DNA from: a virus
Taxonomy: Duplodnaviria > Caudoviricetes
Length of the DNA: 58,368 nt
IMG/VR virus record: IMGVR_UViG_3300046171_000264
Location: 1-58,368 of that record
Direction: 5' to 3' (one strand)
Position 1 is the first letter of the stretch. Each line of letters begins with the position of its first letter. The translations under genes and the position numbers were made by a program. The notes under the pieces were generated by a model. That model was not told where the DNA came from. It made no database searches and saw only the letters and a list, made by a program, of their open reading frames with translations. This document shows positions 20,801 through 30,088 of this stretch, piece after piece.

Positions 20801-22618
20801 AGTGCCTGAACTTACTGCTTGTTTACCAACAGTAACTAGTTCGACGCTTAATGCCTTAAGTGCAACGGCCACAGCTGGAATAAGCGTAGCCGGGCCTACA
20901 AGTGCTGTAGCCAGTCCGGCAAGCACAAGTATTAGTTTACCTAACGCTACAACTACTGCCGCAATAGAGGCTACAAGTACACCTAGCGTAGTACCTAAAC
21001 CACCTACAGCAGGTATTACACTACTTAAAATAAACTTACCGAATAGTGCTAACTGAGTTAGCGCGTCGAATCCTACGCGCTTGAGGAGACCAAGAACAGC
21101 AGCGACCTCGGAGAAATACTGGACGAGGGGCGTGTTAAGGAAACGCGCATAGAGGTTGAATACGGTCGCAAGGCTCGGGGCAAGCGCGCCCACTACGCTG
21201 GCGATATTGGCAAGGGCAGATGCAAGCGCCTCAAAGGTGCCGACTTTGATCCTGACGAAAGCTTCGGCAATGTTCTTGAAAGCGTCGACAAGGATTAGCG
21301 CGGTGGGTTTTAAAGCCTCAATTGCTTGAGCCAGTGCACCGACGGTGCGTTGAGCCACTTCTTCAAGCTTCGTAAACCCAAGCTCCGCCACCTTGGCGGC
21401 GGACGCTGCCGCTTTGCTTGGATCACCGGAGCCTATACCTGTGCGGCCGGCAGTGAGCCCGACAATGAGGCGACCAGAAGTCCCAACAGCCTTCCCAGCC
21501 GCAGAAGCAATATCAAAAAGCTGCTTGCGAATGCGGAATAGCGATTCAAAGACAGAGGACAGGCCAGCAAGCAGGGGATCGAGTAGCCCGCGCCCGAAGT
21601 TTTGCCCGATCAGCTCACCGAGGTCAGCGATGTTAGAGACAACACCCGAAAATCCCTCAGCAGCGATCCTTTGGCCTGCTACGGCAGCAGAAAGACGCTC
21701 TTCGAGGAACTTGACTACACCACCGGAAGCTGTTTTTGCTTTTGTAATATCGTCGTTTGTAATACCTAGTGCTTTAGCTAGGTACGAATCCAGGGTGATG
21801 TCAGCACGAAGAATAGAACCAATTTCTTGACGAGCCTGATAAAGAGGGATACCAAAAGTACCAAGTGCCGCAGCAAAGTTAATCGCCAGATCTTCAGCTT
21901 CTTTTAGGCCGCCTCCAATTATACCGACTTGCGCAGCAACAATACCAAAGACTTCAATAACCTCATTTGAGGTCACGCCAGCTAAGGCGATAGACCGTTC
22001 TCGGATGGAATCAATATTCTTTTTTACCGCGCCTGTGAGCGTTAGGATCTTTTGGTAGGGATCTGTAATCTCTTTACCATCAGCAAATACTTTATTAGTA
22101 GATGCAAGTGTTGTCTGTGTTTTAAGAATAGTCTCGCGCAGCTTTATCTCACGACCTATTGTGTTATTAAAAAAGCCGTTCCATGCTGACTGTAGTATGT
22201 TTACAGCTTCTTTTATTGCGAATGTAGCAAGACCTAATTTAGCTAATACTGTAATTAGCTGGTTACCTTTAGATGCAGCTAGCTGAAAGCTAGTGGCAAG
22301 AATGCCGCCTGCTTTTGAGGTCTCCTTTAAGGCAGCACCTGTTTTGGCTGCTTCTGCGGAGCTTTTAGCTAGCTTTTCAAATTGGTCAACTTTGTCACCT
22401 ATACCCGGGATATTTTTACTTACTCTGTAAAATGTTTTAATATTGTTTGTTGCTGATTTTATATCACCGCTGATATTGCTTAGCCCTTTATTAAGCGCGC
22501 GTAAGTCGATATTAAGTTTGCGTTCTCTTGTGGCTTTATCTGCTACCTGCGCTACTTGCTTTAGCCCACGTTCAGCGGCCTTAGTATCAGCTATTACGTT
22601 GAGCCGAAAATCAGACAC
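17861..22618 (-). CDS. Tail tape measure protein with an embedded M23-like domain
   Basis: 1585 aa, Ala/Leu-rich helical; C-terminal RANGGPV..PYIVGERGMELFVP; follows the chaperone genes. Confidence 0.92.
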   Translation of the reverse strand: MSDFRLNVIADTKAAERGLKQVAQVADKATRERKLNIDLRALNKGLSNISGDIKSATNNIKTFYRVSKNIPGIGDKVDQFEKLAKSSAEAAKTGAALKETSKAGGILATSFQLAASKGNQLITVLAKLGLATFAIKEAVNILQSAWNGFFNNTIGREIKLRETILKTQTTLASTNKVFADGKEITDPYQKILTLTGAVKKNIDSIRERSIALAGVTSNEVIEVFGIVAAQVGIIGGGLKEAEDLAINFAAALGTFGIPLYQARQEIGSILRADITLDSYLAKALGITNDDITKAKTASGGVVKFLEERLSAAVAGQRIAAEGFSGVVSNIADLGELIGQNFGRGLLDPLLAGLSSVFESLFRIRKQLFDIASAAGKAVGTSGRLIVGLTAGRTGIGSGDPSKAAASAAKVAELGFTKLEEVAQRTVGALAQAIEALKPTALILVDAFKNIAEAFVRIKVGTFEALASALANIASVVGALAPSLATVFNLYARFLNTPLVQYFSEVAAVLGLLKRVGFDALTQLALFGKFILSSVIPAVGGLGTTLGVLVASIAAVVVALGKLILVLAGLATALVGPATLIPAVAVALKALSVELVTVGKQAVSSGTKLNVTAASFRGLGASAKAAGLSILKSLGWIAVIQVGLSVLIDLFGRFRRVQENQRSNERAAEALRRLQTTYKDVGDEASSATKAARDFEQAIVNSNYSRNIKELDEVREKIKKVKEELKPGIQSFGEFLSAVSGAEIGRFEERAREKLKKLGKEEAAITAQLRGVDALRDREQAEKDVKLLANKRKNLEKQIFELRRKFDNDLFGQRQSLAQKEVQIFRLAGEMRIKQIEKANAKLLEGEEGASRAALEALDNYIATRERGELQIEAAKKTLVIELANLEKNVSDYRYETEKKIADLRKKSADYEKDSADARQRAAGGTTPAASGVSAGFLVGSTGRSTGPHLDIRSPTGNKQAVVDEATAIIKAWQGQGLEYIQLSNAKIDVKNMFDEAELRKALAREQEVHGRRSGGGAIDIAVPAGTLVPTPVGTPSLGGAVGVQATSLKTGNIFLHGSRASTASPTGPQAARASENQAASTANTELPDAAATTQRYAEAVSNVASAMDRVRLLQVAITEAQTVEAFERIAKAAFPKVAVEQYEDQLAELKFTYDAVSTNADAAFTPARTALEAANLAQIAISARELDEIKAGINNREQLSESERKRAMDAVLKQSEVYMTKLERINELKRERLGVEEATQFIQQSALQVRDIESEIENLKLRNRLQAEGVAPELIQAELKKLEILRERNRLLKQATPEQQVAISAAAESQATAVDARAQAALEPGVKIANFIGDAKRELEDLEALSIRVSQSIGNAVGSALTDGVVGLIEGTKTAQEVFSDFLKDIGQILLREAAKMIATYIAIGLAKAFAGLSGGGSSPGIQRALDVTPKTGAAATSALNNFLSPRANGGPVSANKPYIVGERGMELFVPQTSGTVLSNSDTRKQLTQQDSAMRSTEAARQQLNTQRNTMITNSTRETERMTEMMLSNSAPIDVRYESTVINNVEYVTAEQHRQGMAQAAERGRSLTLSALQGSVKTRKKVGLS

Positions 22619-22642
22619 GAGAAACTATGCGCTACTCGTATG

Positions 22643-23637
22643 TTACGCAGAATCGGAAGCGCTAGCTGCTAAGGCGGCGTAGACATGCAAAGGAATCTGG
22701 CGTTTACGGACGAGCTCGGAAAGAACAAACTTGGTGGGCGCGTCGGGGCCGTCGGCAGTAGCAGCCTCAGGCTTCCAATCAGGGAAGGGGAGAAACTCAC
22801 GGGGCTGGGTCTTGGGTGCAGGTCGTTTGGACCCGGAAAACCCATGAGCAACCTGTATAAGCACACCGGTGAGGCGCGCTGCGGTCACGCTATGTGTATT
22901 GGCATGTGCACAGTCATGGTCGTCGATCTGCCGCAGCAACCAGCGAATTGTGCTGATTGGAGTGCGAAGAAAGCGCTCGGGGGTGAAATCACCTCCGATG
23001 ACAGAGGACCTAACTCGGAAATAGACCGTGTCCCAGTCCACCAGTGGAGCCCGGAGCGTGTCCTCGGCATTCTTCAGTATTTGCTCGGGGCTCAGCTCGG
23101 CTCTTCGAGCTTCGGGGCGTTTCCCTCCGACAAGGTTTCACTTGGCCAACCATCGCGCTCCCAGGTAACCATCTCGAAGACCTTCTCCATTAAGCGTCTA
23201 GGAATGGCCTCGGTGTCGGCCTCAGTCCAATCGGAGAGCTTTTGCCAATCTTTCGTACGAGTGCCTGAACTTCCGGGTAGTTTTGCTTCACCGCGATATT
23301 GCATGAAAAGCGTAACAAAAGAGATTTGCTGCTCTACTGCACCTACCGAATCACGCTGTAACTCTTCAAGTTCGCTGGCATAATCGTACAGGAGCTCCTG
23401 ATTCTCTTCATCGGAACTACCAAGAAGATCAATTGCTTCTTTTGTTGTGATTTTTTTATCATGTGCAATACGCTTAGCGAGTTTAAGCGAACGGAATGTC
23501 GATTTGGATTGTTTACGACCTATCTCTTCAATACCCTTAGCTTCACCCGGGACGAGGTCGCGGTACACCGGAAATCGGAAAGGACCAATTTCGTGGTACT
23601 TCTCAGGAGAAAAGAGCAGAGACGCGTACTTAGACAT
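22643..23637 (-). CDS. Tail assembly chaperone, long -1 frameshift form (gpGT-like, about 331 aa)
   Basis: Slippery G_GGA_AAC at 23125-23119; the -1 frame is open and joins the 22643..23041 ORF. Confidence 0.85.
23092..23637 (-). CDS. Tail assembly chaperone, short form (gpG-like)
   Basis: Lies between the major tail and tape measure genes; ends just after the slippery site. Confidence 0.85.
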   Translation of the reverse strand: MSKYASLLFSPEKYHEIGPFRFPVYRDLVPGEAKGIEEIGRKQSKSTFRSLKLAKRIAHDKKITTKEAIDLLGSSDEENQELLYDYASELEELQRDSVGAVEQQISFVTLFMQYRGEAKLPGSSGTRTKDWQKLSDWTEADTEAIPRRLMEKVFEMVTWERDGWPSETLSEGNAPKLEEPS

Positions 23638-23863
23638 GGGCTAAAGGAAGATCAATGGACCACGACCTAAAAGGCTCGGGTTGATTAACGAGCTCGGTAG
23701 GCAATTCAACCATAACGCTAGCAGTTTCATACGCTAGGCGTATAGACTTGAAGGGGATCAGGGGTTCCAGGAACAGGGCGCCGCAGTGCAGTGCGTCGTC
23801 TTGTTCTTGGCAATTCACTGCATACACCATGTGGGCAGCGTCCATCAGAAGGTCGTGTTGCAT
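23630..23863 (-). CDS. Hypothetical protein
   Basis: 77-aa ORF overlapping the chaperone start. Confidence 0.65.
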   Translation of the reverse strand: MQHDLLMDAAHMVYAVNCQEQDDALHCGALFLEPLIPFKSIRLAYETASVMVELPTELVNQPEPFRSWSIDLPLAHV

Positions 23864-23873
23864 CGGATTGTCT

Positions 23874-23901
23874 AAAAAAAAAGCCCCGCAAAAGCAGGGC
23901 T
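23874..23901 (-). terminator. Rho-independent terminator after the major tail gene
   Basis: Minus strand AGCCCTGC-TTTT-GCGGGGCT hairpin followed by a T run. Confidence 0.75.
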
Positions 23902-23930
23902 AAAGGATTGGCTCCTCCTCAGTCTGACTG

Positions 23931-24950
23931 CTAAGCGGTTTTGAAGAGGCTTGTGAAGCCTTCAAGTGAGAAAAGCACACCAGATGCAGAAGGGTTACCG
24001 CTGCCGTCGAGGGCCTGCTTGATGGCGCCGTCTGCCACACGGAGGCGGTAGATGGTGTCAGCAGCCAGGTCGGCAGTGGGGTTGATAGTGATCACGTTGC
24101 TCCCCACACCGCCCAAGGTGACAGTGGCAGGTGCAAGGACACCGGTGTCTGCGACCTCGAGGCGGAAGCCCCCTCCATCGGTTTGGCCCAGGTTGAGCTG
24201 CGCGAGGGCGGCCGCACCGTCGCTGGTGTAAGTGACAGTGAGGTTATCGGTCACATCAATCGAGTCCGCATTGGCTGCGGGAACCACGGCGTAGCGGCGA
24301 TCACCGGAGTTGGCTGCGGTGAACAGCAAGCTGGACTGCACCCCACCAAAGGCGAGCTGCGTGGAGCCAGCGTCATAGAGGCCGAACACTGGACTCCCTC
24401 GAGACATGAGGTCGAAGGACACCTCAGTGAGACCTTCAGCTGTAAGGTTTTCGTTGTAGTTCATCACCACGGCGTTGAAGCCGGTGAAGTCATACATGTA
24501 GTTGCCGGATTGACCGTAAGTCTGCCCGAGCTCCTTCAGAAACTCAACGTAGATCTCGTAATCCTTGTTGTAGCGAGCTTTTTCGATGAGGCTGAAACCT
24601 TCTTCGTAAGCACCACGGAACTGGGGGCAGTTCTGCCCGGCAGGGGTTTCTGTGTTCTTCAGGAAGTAGGCAGTCACAGATGCCTGCACCGTAGAACTGG
24701 TGATCAGCGAATCACCCCAGCCATCGTCGCCCAGAAGACGGAACTCCTGGTTGTTGTCGTTGATGGCGAAGGAGGTGTTGCTCACACCTTGCATTTCGAC
24801 GTATCTGGAGCCGGCGTCAAGGGAGGGCAGGGTAATCAGGCCGGCGGTGTCGCGCGTAGCGAAATAACGGCAGGGTGGGGTCAAGTCCACGGCGCGGACA
24901 AGGGTCCGGTGAGCCTTGTGGAAAGACAGCCCGATGGCGTAATCAGCCAT
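23931..24950 (-). CDS. Major tail protein with C-terminal Ig-like domain
   Basis: Position in the operon; FRLLGDDGW; C-terminal ITINPTADLAADTIYRL (Ig-like). Confidence 0.8.
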   Translation of the reverse strand: MADYAIGLSFHKAHRTLVRAVDLTPPCRYFATRDTAGLITLPSLDAGSRYVEMQGVSNTSFAINDNNQEFRLLGDDGWGDSLITSSTVQASVTAYFLKNTETPAGQNCPQFRGAYEEGFSLIEKARYNKDYEIYVEFLKELGQTYGQSGNYMYDFTGFNAVVMNYNENLTAEGLTEVSFDLMSRGSPVFGLYDAGSTQLAFGGVQSSLLFTAANSGDRRYAVVPAANADSIDVTDNLTVTYTSDGAAALAQLNLGQTDGGGFRLEVADTGVLAPATVTLGGVGSNVITINPTADLAADTIYRLRVADGAIKQALDGSGNPSASGVLFSLEGFTSLFKTA

Positions 24951-24962
24951 GGTTTGTACTCC

Positions 24963-25436
24963 TTAGGGGATCGGGGGATTGAGAACGGGTCCAAGAACGG
25001 ATACCGTCAAGGCCTCATAGGTGGCCTCAGTCCGGGGCGTGGGGGTAGCACGGTCCCGGGGGAAAACGCGAGCCAAACGTCTGCTGATGTCCAGCAATGT
25101 AGTTGCCATACGTGTTCCCTTTTGCGTGCCGTAGTTGGTAAAACGAATCGGCCAGCGCTCGAAGGACACAACGGCTCCGACAGAGCCAGGTGAAGTGATC
25201 TCAGGCATGTCCGAAATCGTGCACTCGATACCGGTGACTACCCAGTCAGAAGGCACCATGTAGACCCCGACGACGTAAACCGCTGGGATACGAGTGCCAT
25301 CAGGCAGTGAGTAGTACCCCGGCCAGTCGGCTTCAGGACGCAAGGTGGTTCCGTCGCTCTCGTAAAGGTTCAGGATGTAGCGCTCGATGGTCGTGCGTAC
25401 ATCTCGGACCTGAGGGCATGCGGTGATGGCAGTCAC
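24963..25436 (-). CDS. Tail terminator/completion protein (putative)
   Basis: Synteny; GTG start overlapping the previous stop. Confidence 0.6.
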   Translation of the reverse strand: MTAITACPQVRDVRTTIERYILNLYESDGTTLRPEADWPGYYSLPDGTRIPAVYVVGVYMVPSDWVVTGIECTISDMPEITSPGSVGAVVSFERWPIRFTNYGTQKGTRMATTLLDISRRLARVFPRDRATPTPRTEATYEALTVSVLGPVLNPPIP

Positions 25437-25804
25437 TGTTGCTGCCTCCTCAGCGCTTCTTGTGCAAAACGCTGAAACTGTGCGGGGGCCTCCTCCAGAG
25501 GAGCTTTCGTCCAAGGGCGCCCGGGGAACCGGAGCCCAGAGGTAGAAACTCCGCCCTCGTGGACTTGCGCGGCGTACTCCACAGGCCAGGTGAACGTGAT
25601 CGAGCCATCTGGATTGATGACGCGCGTCTGGCTGGCGCGAAGGCGGCCGGTGTCAACGATGTCCCGCACTTGTGGCGGGGTGGGGTAGCTCCACTTGGCG
25701 GCGGAAATCTCCTCCGTGAAGCGGGTATCGAGCCAGCTGGCGAGTTGCTGCGTGGCCTGGGCAGCGGCAGCGCGGAGCTGGTTGTTGAGCGGACGCTTAG
25801 CCAT
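25433..25804 (-). CDS. Head-tail/neck protein (HK97 gp10-like)
   Basis: RDIVDTGRLRASQ...YAAQVHEG...RPW. Confidence 0.75.
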   Translation of the reverse strand: MAKRPLNNQLRAAAAQATQQLASWLDTRFTEEISAAKWSYPTPPQVRDIVDTGRLRASQTRVINPDGSITFTWPVEYAAQVHEGGVSTSGLRFPGRPWTKAPLEEAPAQFQRFAQEALRRQQQ

Positions 25805-26201
25805 TGCTCGGACCTCCAATTACACGAAATGTGCCTTGAATAGATTGCCGAATATCCTGATAAGCAGCGTTGTCCATATTGAGCTCAAAAACGAGCTCAA
25901 AACGGCCGTGATAACCGTTAATGACGGCTTCAGCTTGACTGCCATTGGTAATCCGCGTGTCTAAACGCGCAGGATTTAGTAACCGACCACTGCAGTTGTA
26001 ACTAGAGTTGTCAGCACCTGACTGCCCATTCCAAGAAGGGGCTTCAAGGTTTAAAGCTGCCAGGTATTCGACAGTCTCAGACGTTTGAATCGTGTTTCCG
26101 GTAGCTGGATCCACGCTGAGCTGGGTTCCACCGACCTCGAAAGCCAGCTGAGCATTCCCCCAAGGGGCGTAGTTGGCAATAGTGGTGGCGGAAATAGCCA
26201 T
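25797..26201 (-). CDS. Head closure protein (putative)
   Basis: Synteny; VDPATGN motif. Confidence 0.55.
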   Translation of the reverse strand: MAISATTIANYAPWGNAQLAFEVGGTQLSVDPATGNTIQTSETVEYLAALNLEAPSWNGQSGADNSSYNCSGRLLNPARLDTRITNGSQAEAVINGYHGRFELVFELNMDNAAYQDIRQSIQGTFRVIGGPSNG

Positions 26202-26203
26202 AG

Positions 26204-26512
26204 CTACAGCGCGAAGCCAGATAAAGGCAATGTGTCTTTCAGCCGTTCATACTCCTGTCCATAAAGACTGGCTTTGAAACCGGTGCCGAAAGGTTGTCCT
26301 GATTGACTGCCGACCTGAAGGCCGACTTGCATCACCCGGGTGGAGAGGCTATGGGCTGCCAGATAGCTGACAGCCTCGGTGTGGACTTCGCCCCATTGAG
26401 TTTCTGGGGTGGCACGCCCCGCCTCTGCGATCGCTCCCTCGACAATGGTGAGAGTGAGCTCACCGAACTCGGGGAACCGAGCCAGGAAATCGCTTGAGGT
26501 GGGGACAGCCAT
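26204..26512 (-). CDS. Head-tail adaptor (DUF4054-like)
   Basis: FLARFPEF...YLAAH...YGQEY. Confidence 0.8.
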   Translation of the reverse strand: MAVPTSSDFLARFPEFGELTLTIVEGAIAEAGRATPETQWGEVHTEAVSYLAAHSLSTRVMQVGLQVGSQSGQPFGTGFKASLYGQEYERLKDTLPLSGFAL

Positions 26513-26925
26513 CAGCCCTTGCCTTCCGAAATGGCCGCGACGCGCTTGTTAATCGCGTTGATGACGCGGATGCGTTGCTCACCTCCCTCCCAGCGGCGAA
26601 GCTGGGTGACGTCGAAGCTGTTCTCCACAAGACTCATGGCCTGAGTTACAGGCATATCGGCAAGGGAGTCCGTTTCAGCTGGGGAAGCTTCAGCAACCAC
26701 AGCTTTCTCCTCTTCCTCGACGCGGAGTGCACCGAGTTTGAGCAGGGACTTGACGTAATCGTAGTTCTTGATTTTCTCCCAAATGGCTTCGGGGAAAGCA
26801 CGATTGACTCCAGACGTGACCTTGATGTTAGATGGCTGTCCCTTCTCTTCAATGAAAGAGAAGCTAATCGTGCACTCTTTGTCCATCGGAGGACTTTCGA
26901 GTTCAGGTCGATAAACGAGAATCAT
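26512..26925 (-). CDS. Hypothetical virion-module protein
   Basis: 137-aa ORF after the capsid gene. Confidence 0.7.
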   Translation of the reverse strand: MILVYRPELESPPMDKECTISFSFIEEKGQPSNIKVTSGVNRAFPEAIWEKIKNYDYVKSLLKLGALRVEEEEKAVVAEASPAETDSLADMPVTQAMSLVENSFDVTQLRRWEGGEQRIRVINAINKRVAAISEGKG

Positions 26926-26977
26926 TACTACAGAGGTGAAAGAGCCAAAAAAGCAAGCATCAGCTTACCGACCTTTA

Positions 26978-27895
26978 TCAGGCCTTTTCGAGCACAAGTG
27001 CGCTCTTGGGGTAGTAGAGGGACATGCCGCCGGTGCGAGCATGAGCTGCCACGGTGAACTCAAGCTCCTGCCGCACAGGGGGGAAGAACTCGAGAGGCTG
27101 CGGAATGTGCAGCTGCAGCTTGTCGGGGCTGCGGTCGTAGCAGATGATCCGGTCCTTGGACAAGAAGCCGCCAGACTTGGAAGCCTCGAGCTCGTTGATG
27201 GGCTCGATGGCGGTGATCATCGGGTTCGTACGCAGGAAGAACTCCATCACCGTGGTGTCGGAGGTAGTGCTGCGTGGGGTTGTAGAGATGACGCGATACA
27301 CGTCGTAGGGCACCAACATCGTGTTGGGCATCTCCTTCATGTTGCTGTTCTGCACAAGACGAGTGGGAGCCTCGTTGAGCAGCTGCAGCATCTCATCGGT
27401 GGTGATGTCAGAAGTGTCGAACCAATGATCCGGCACAAGCTTGTCCACCTGATCGTTATTGAAGAAGCCCTTCATGCCTGAAGGAGCCTCGCCAAAATAG
27501 GCGATCTCTTGAACTTTTTCCTCGTAAGCACGCCGCACAGCGTTGGCGCGGCGTTGCTCGAGGTTCATACCCGGCACCATGGCGGCGGCGCGGGTTTCCT
27601 GCACGGTGTAGGCGAAAGAACCACCCAGGGAGCGGATCGGGTGCGTGACCTCCTTACGGAGCACGTCTGCCCGAGGCAGATCCTTGGCCTTGTCGCCAAT
27701 CACCTTCATCGAGCCTTGCTTGTCGAAGACGCGATAGGTGTAGGAATCAGCGCCATTGCCCACCTCGGATGAGACGGGGATGATCGCGCTGTATTTGATG
27801 TCGGCGTACTCAACCTCGAAGGTGCGAGCCAGGATGGTTTCCAGTTCGCGGGCGAGAAAGAGACCGACCTCGTCATTACGGATTTCTGAAGTCAT
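26978..27895 (-). CDS. Major capsid protein (DUF2184 family)
   Basis: FLARELETI...DLPRAD...YTVQE.RAA...IAYFG...GFFN; typical DUF2213/DUF2184 head module. Confidence 0.9.
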   Translation of the reverse strand: MTSEIRNDEVGLFLARELETILARTFEVEYADIKYSAIIPVSSEVGNGADSYTYRVFDKQGSMKVIGDKAKDLPRADVLRKEVTHPIRSLGGSFAYTVQETRAAAMVPGMNLEQRRANAVRRAYEEKVQEIAYFGEAPSGMKGFFNNDQVDKLVPDHWFDTSDITTDEMLQLLNEAPTRLVQNSNMKEMPNTMLVPYDVYRVISTTPRSTTSDTTVMEFFLRTNPMITAIEPINELEASKSGGFLSKDRIICYDRSPDKLQLHIPQPLEFFPPVRQELEFTVAAHARTGGMSLYYPKSALVLEKA

Positions 27896-27911
27896 TGGAG
27901 GGGCTCCGTGA

Positions 27912-28532
27912 TCAAGTGTCGGCGGTGAAAGTTACCCCGGGGATGTCGATCTCCAGGAGTACCAGACCTGCGCCACTGGTTTCCGACAGCCAACGAGCTC
28001 CGCCGGTCAAAGCGAAGGTCTTGTTAGCTACGGCGGTGTCAGTAAAGCGGCCTACGTAGGCGCCATCCACAGTGCCGGAATGGTCAACACCGAAGAAACG
28101 CACGGCATCACCGAGCGCGATGGCAGCGGTGCTGTACACCCAAACAACACCCTTGGACAGCACGTTGACGGTCTGAGTGTCGGGGTAGCCAACACGGGAG
28201 GAACCGTCAGCGATGATGTTGGTGGGGTTGGGGGTGTAGGCGGAAGAACCGCTGACGCCCTCGAAGGTCATGCCGTCGATGGCAAGGCCCACAACGCCAG
28301 TGCCGCTGGTGGCCAGGGCGACCGCGAACGGATCGTTCGAGGTGGGGGTGTTATCGGTGGCAACCAGGGAGCCGAAAGGAATAGCGGCACCGGACTGGTT
28401 GTAGTAGCTGCGGGACACATAAGCCTGCAGATCAGCGAGCATGCCTTCGTGACCAGCGGTCAGTTCGAGCGGATAGCTGCCTTGTGCACCAGAAGGACTG
28501 GTGACAGTGGTAGGGGTGAAAGTTACGGCCAT
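27912..28532 (-). CDS. Head decoration/cement protein
   Basis: GHEGMLAD...IPFG...VNVLSKGVVWV; lies between the DUF2213 and capsid genes. Confidence 0.75.
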   Translation of the reverse strand: MAVTFTPTTVTSPSGAQGSYPLELTAGHEGMLADLQAYVSRSYYNQSGAAIPFGSLVATDNTPTSNDPFAVALATSGTGVVGLAIDGMTFEGVSGSSAYTPNPTNIIADGSSRVGYPDTQTVNVLSKGVVWVYSTAAIALGDAVRFFGVDHSGTVDGAYVGRFTDTAVANKTFALTGGARWLSETSGAGLVLLEIDIPGVTFTADT

Positions 28533-28544
28533 TGAAGGGACTCC

Positions 28545-29810
28545 TTACTTGGTGGCGGTGAGGGGACGTTTCCAAGCCTCAACCTGCTTGGCCCGGTAGG
28601 CAGAAACAGGGTCGGCGGCACCGCGACCGGCACCTTTCAGTGCGTTACGAAGAACGTTGGTGCTGTCTTCGCGGTCAGCGGAGTCCTGATTGATGGTTTC
28701 GCTCTCGGAGTCCTCTTCCTCTTCGTCGTGTTCCTCTGCGGAATCAACGTGAGCAGCGAGGATGCCTTCGACCACGCCTTGGATGTAGGCGGGCTCGGCG
28801 TCTTCGCGAGGTGCGGAACCGGTCAGGTTCTCGTAAGCCTGGGTGTAGAGCGTGGCGTCGTCGATGCCGTCGAACGTGAAGTCCTCGGCAAAAGCGGGAG
28901 CCAGACGCTGCAGGGTATCCAGGCGCGCCGCGACGAGCTGGTCGAGCTCGGCGGTATCGATGCGCGGGGTGTCGGAAGACGCGAGCTCTTCTTCAAGAGC
29001 GTCGGCACGACCTTCGGCGGCTTCTTTTTCGAGAGCCAGGGAATCGAAGTCGGCCTGCAGAGAATCAAGCTTGTTGGAAAGCTCATCGCGCTCGGTGGCG
29101 AAAGCCTCCAGCTGGCGCCCCATGTCCCGGGAGTAGGACTGGACCGCACTAGCTGTTTCTGCGGGCAAATCGATCTCCAGGCCGTCGAGTTTGACGGTTG
29201 CCATAACGGGAGATGCAGTTGAACTGGACTGGGGCGCCATTTCTTGCTCGGTGGGGTTGGCTACAGCATCAGCTGCATCCATACGATCAAGCAAGAGTCG
29301 AACCTCCGGGCCAGCCCGGCCGCGGGGGACGATGGCGATGTGGTTCACACGGATGTTGCGCTGAACGCCGGCATACTCTTCGCCCTCAGGGGTAACCCCG
29401 GGGGTCGGGTCGAAATCGACCTTGTAACCGGCAGATACCTGGCTGGCATCCTTTCTCTTGATCTTTTCAATTGCTTCGTCGTCTGTGACAAGGAGCGCAA
29501 CTTCTACAAAACCATCGTTGTACCTAACTTGACTACCGGAATAGCCAACTTGGAACTTCTTAGTGTTTAGAGAATCGAGAAGAACAGGAGGGTGACCCCA
29601 CGTTGCGGGTTTCATCCCGAACGTAGATAAAGAATCCGGGTTACTGACCTCTTCAGGAGGTCGGTACTCGCGGACCTGGGAACCATCAGCACGACGATAG
29701 AGTTGTGTACCTACACGGGCGGCGCGGGACCACACTCGGAGATAACCCTCCGGTGTGATCTCGCTTCCCGTTATGGGCGCAAAATCGTATCGGGTTACTG
29801 ATGTTTCCAT
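28545..29810 (-). CDS. DUF2213 protein (prohead protease/scaffold)
   Basis: ITPEGYL, EYRPPEEV, TWGHP, SAGY, NHIAIVPRGRAG; acidic coiled-coil C-terminal half. Confidence 0.9.
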   Translation of the reverse strand: METSVTRYDFAPITGSEITPEGYLRVWSRAARVGTQLYRRADGSQVREYRPPEEVSNPDSLSTFGMKPATWGHPPVLLDSLNTKKFQVGYSGSQVRYNDGFVEVALLVTDDEAIEKIKRKDASQVSAGYKVDFDPTPGVTPEGEEYAGVQRNIRVNHIAIVPRGRAGPEVRLLLDRMDAADAVANPTEQEMAPQSSSTASPVMATVKLDGLEIDLPAETASAVQSYSRDMGRQLEAFATERDELSNKLDSLQADFDSLALEKEAAEGRADALEEELASSDTPRIDTAELDQLVAARLDTLQRLAPAFAEDFTFDGIDDATLYTQAYENLTGSAPREDAEPAYIQGVVEGILAAHVDSAEEHDEEEEDSESETINQDSADREDSTNVLRNALKGAGRGAADPVSAYRAKQVEAWKRPLTATK

Positions 29811-29839
29811 GCGTTAAATCTTACCTGTTACTGTGAAAT

Positions 29840-30088
29840 TTGGTAGCTTTATACGAAGAACGGCTACCGCAGTTGGCAATTCACAGACAGTTGACGCTGT
29901 GCCGGCGCATCCGCGCATTGCGTGAGTACCGAGGGTTTACTCAGTTAAGAGTGGCTGGGGAATTGGGAATAAGTCAAGCGGCTTATTCGCGGTTTGAAAA
30001 AGGAGAAGTGGAAATATCAGTAATGAAGCTCATAGCTTTATGTGAAATTTACGATATTACTTTTCAATCACTGCTAAGAGACATCTAG
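29840..30088 (+). CDS. XRE-family HTH regulator
   Basis: RIRALRE.RGFTQ..VA.ELGISQAAYSRFEKG. Confidence 0.85.
   Translation: MVALYEERLPQLAIHRQLTLCRRIRALREYRGFTQLRVAGELGISQAAYSRFEKGEVEISVMKLIALCEIYDITFQSLLRDI

Noticed and set aside
24183-25193. Long antisense ORFs (this one, 22685..23383, 48029..48826 and others)
   Set aside because: Shadow frames opposite well-supported GC3-rich genes.
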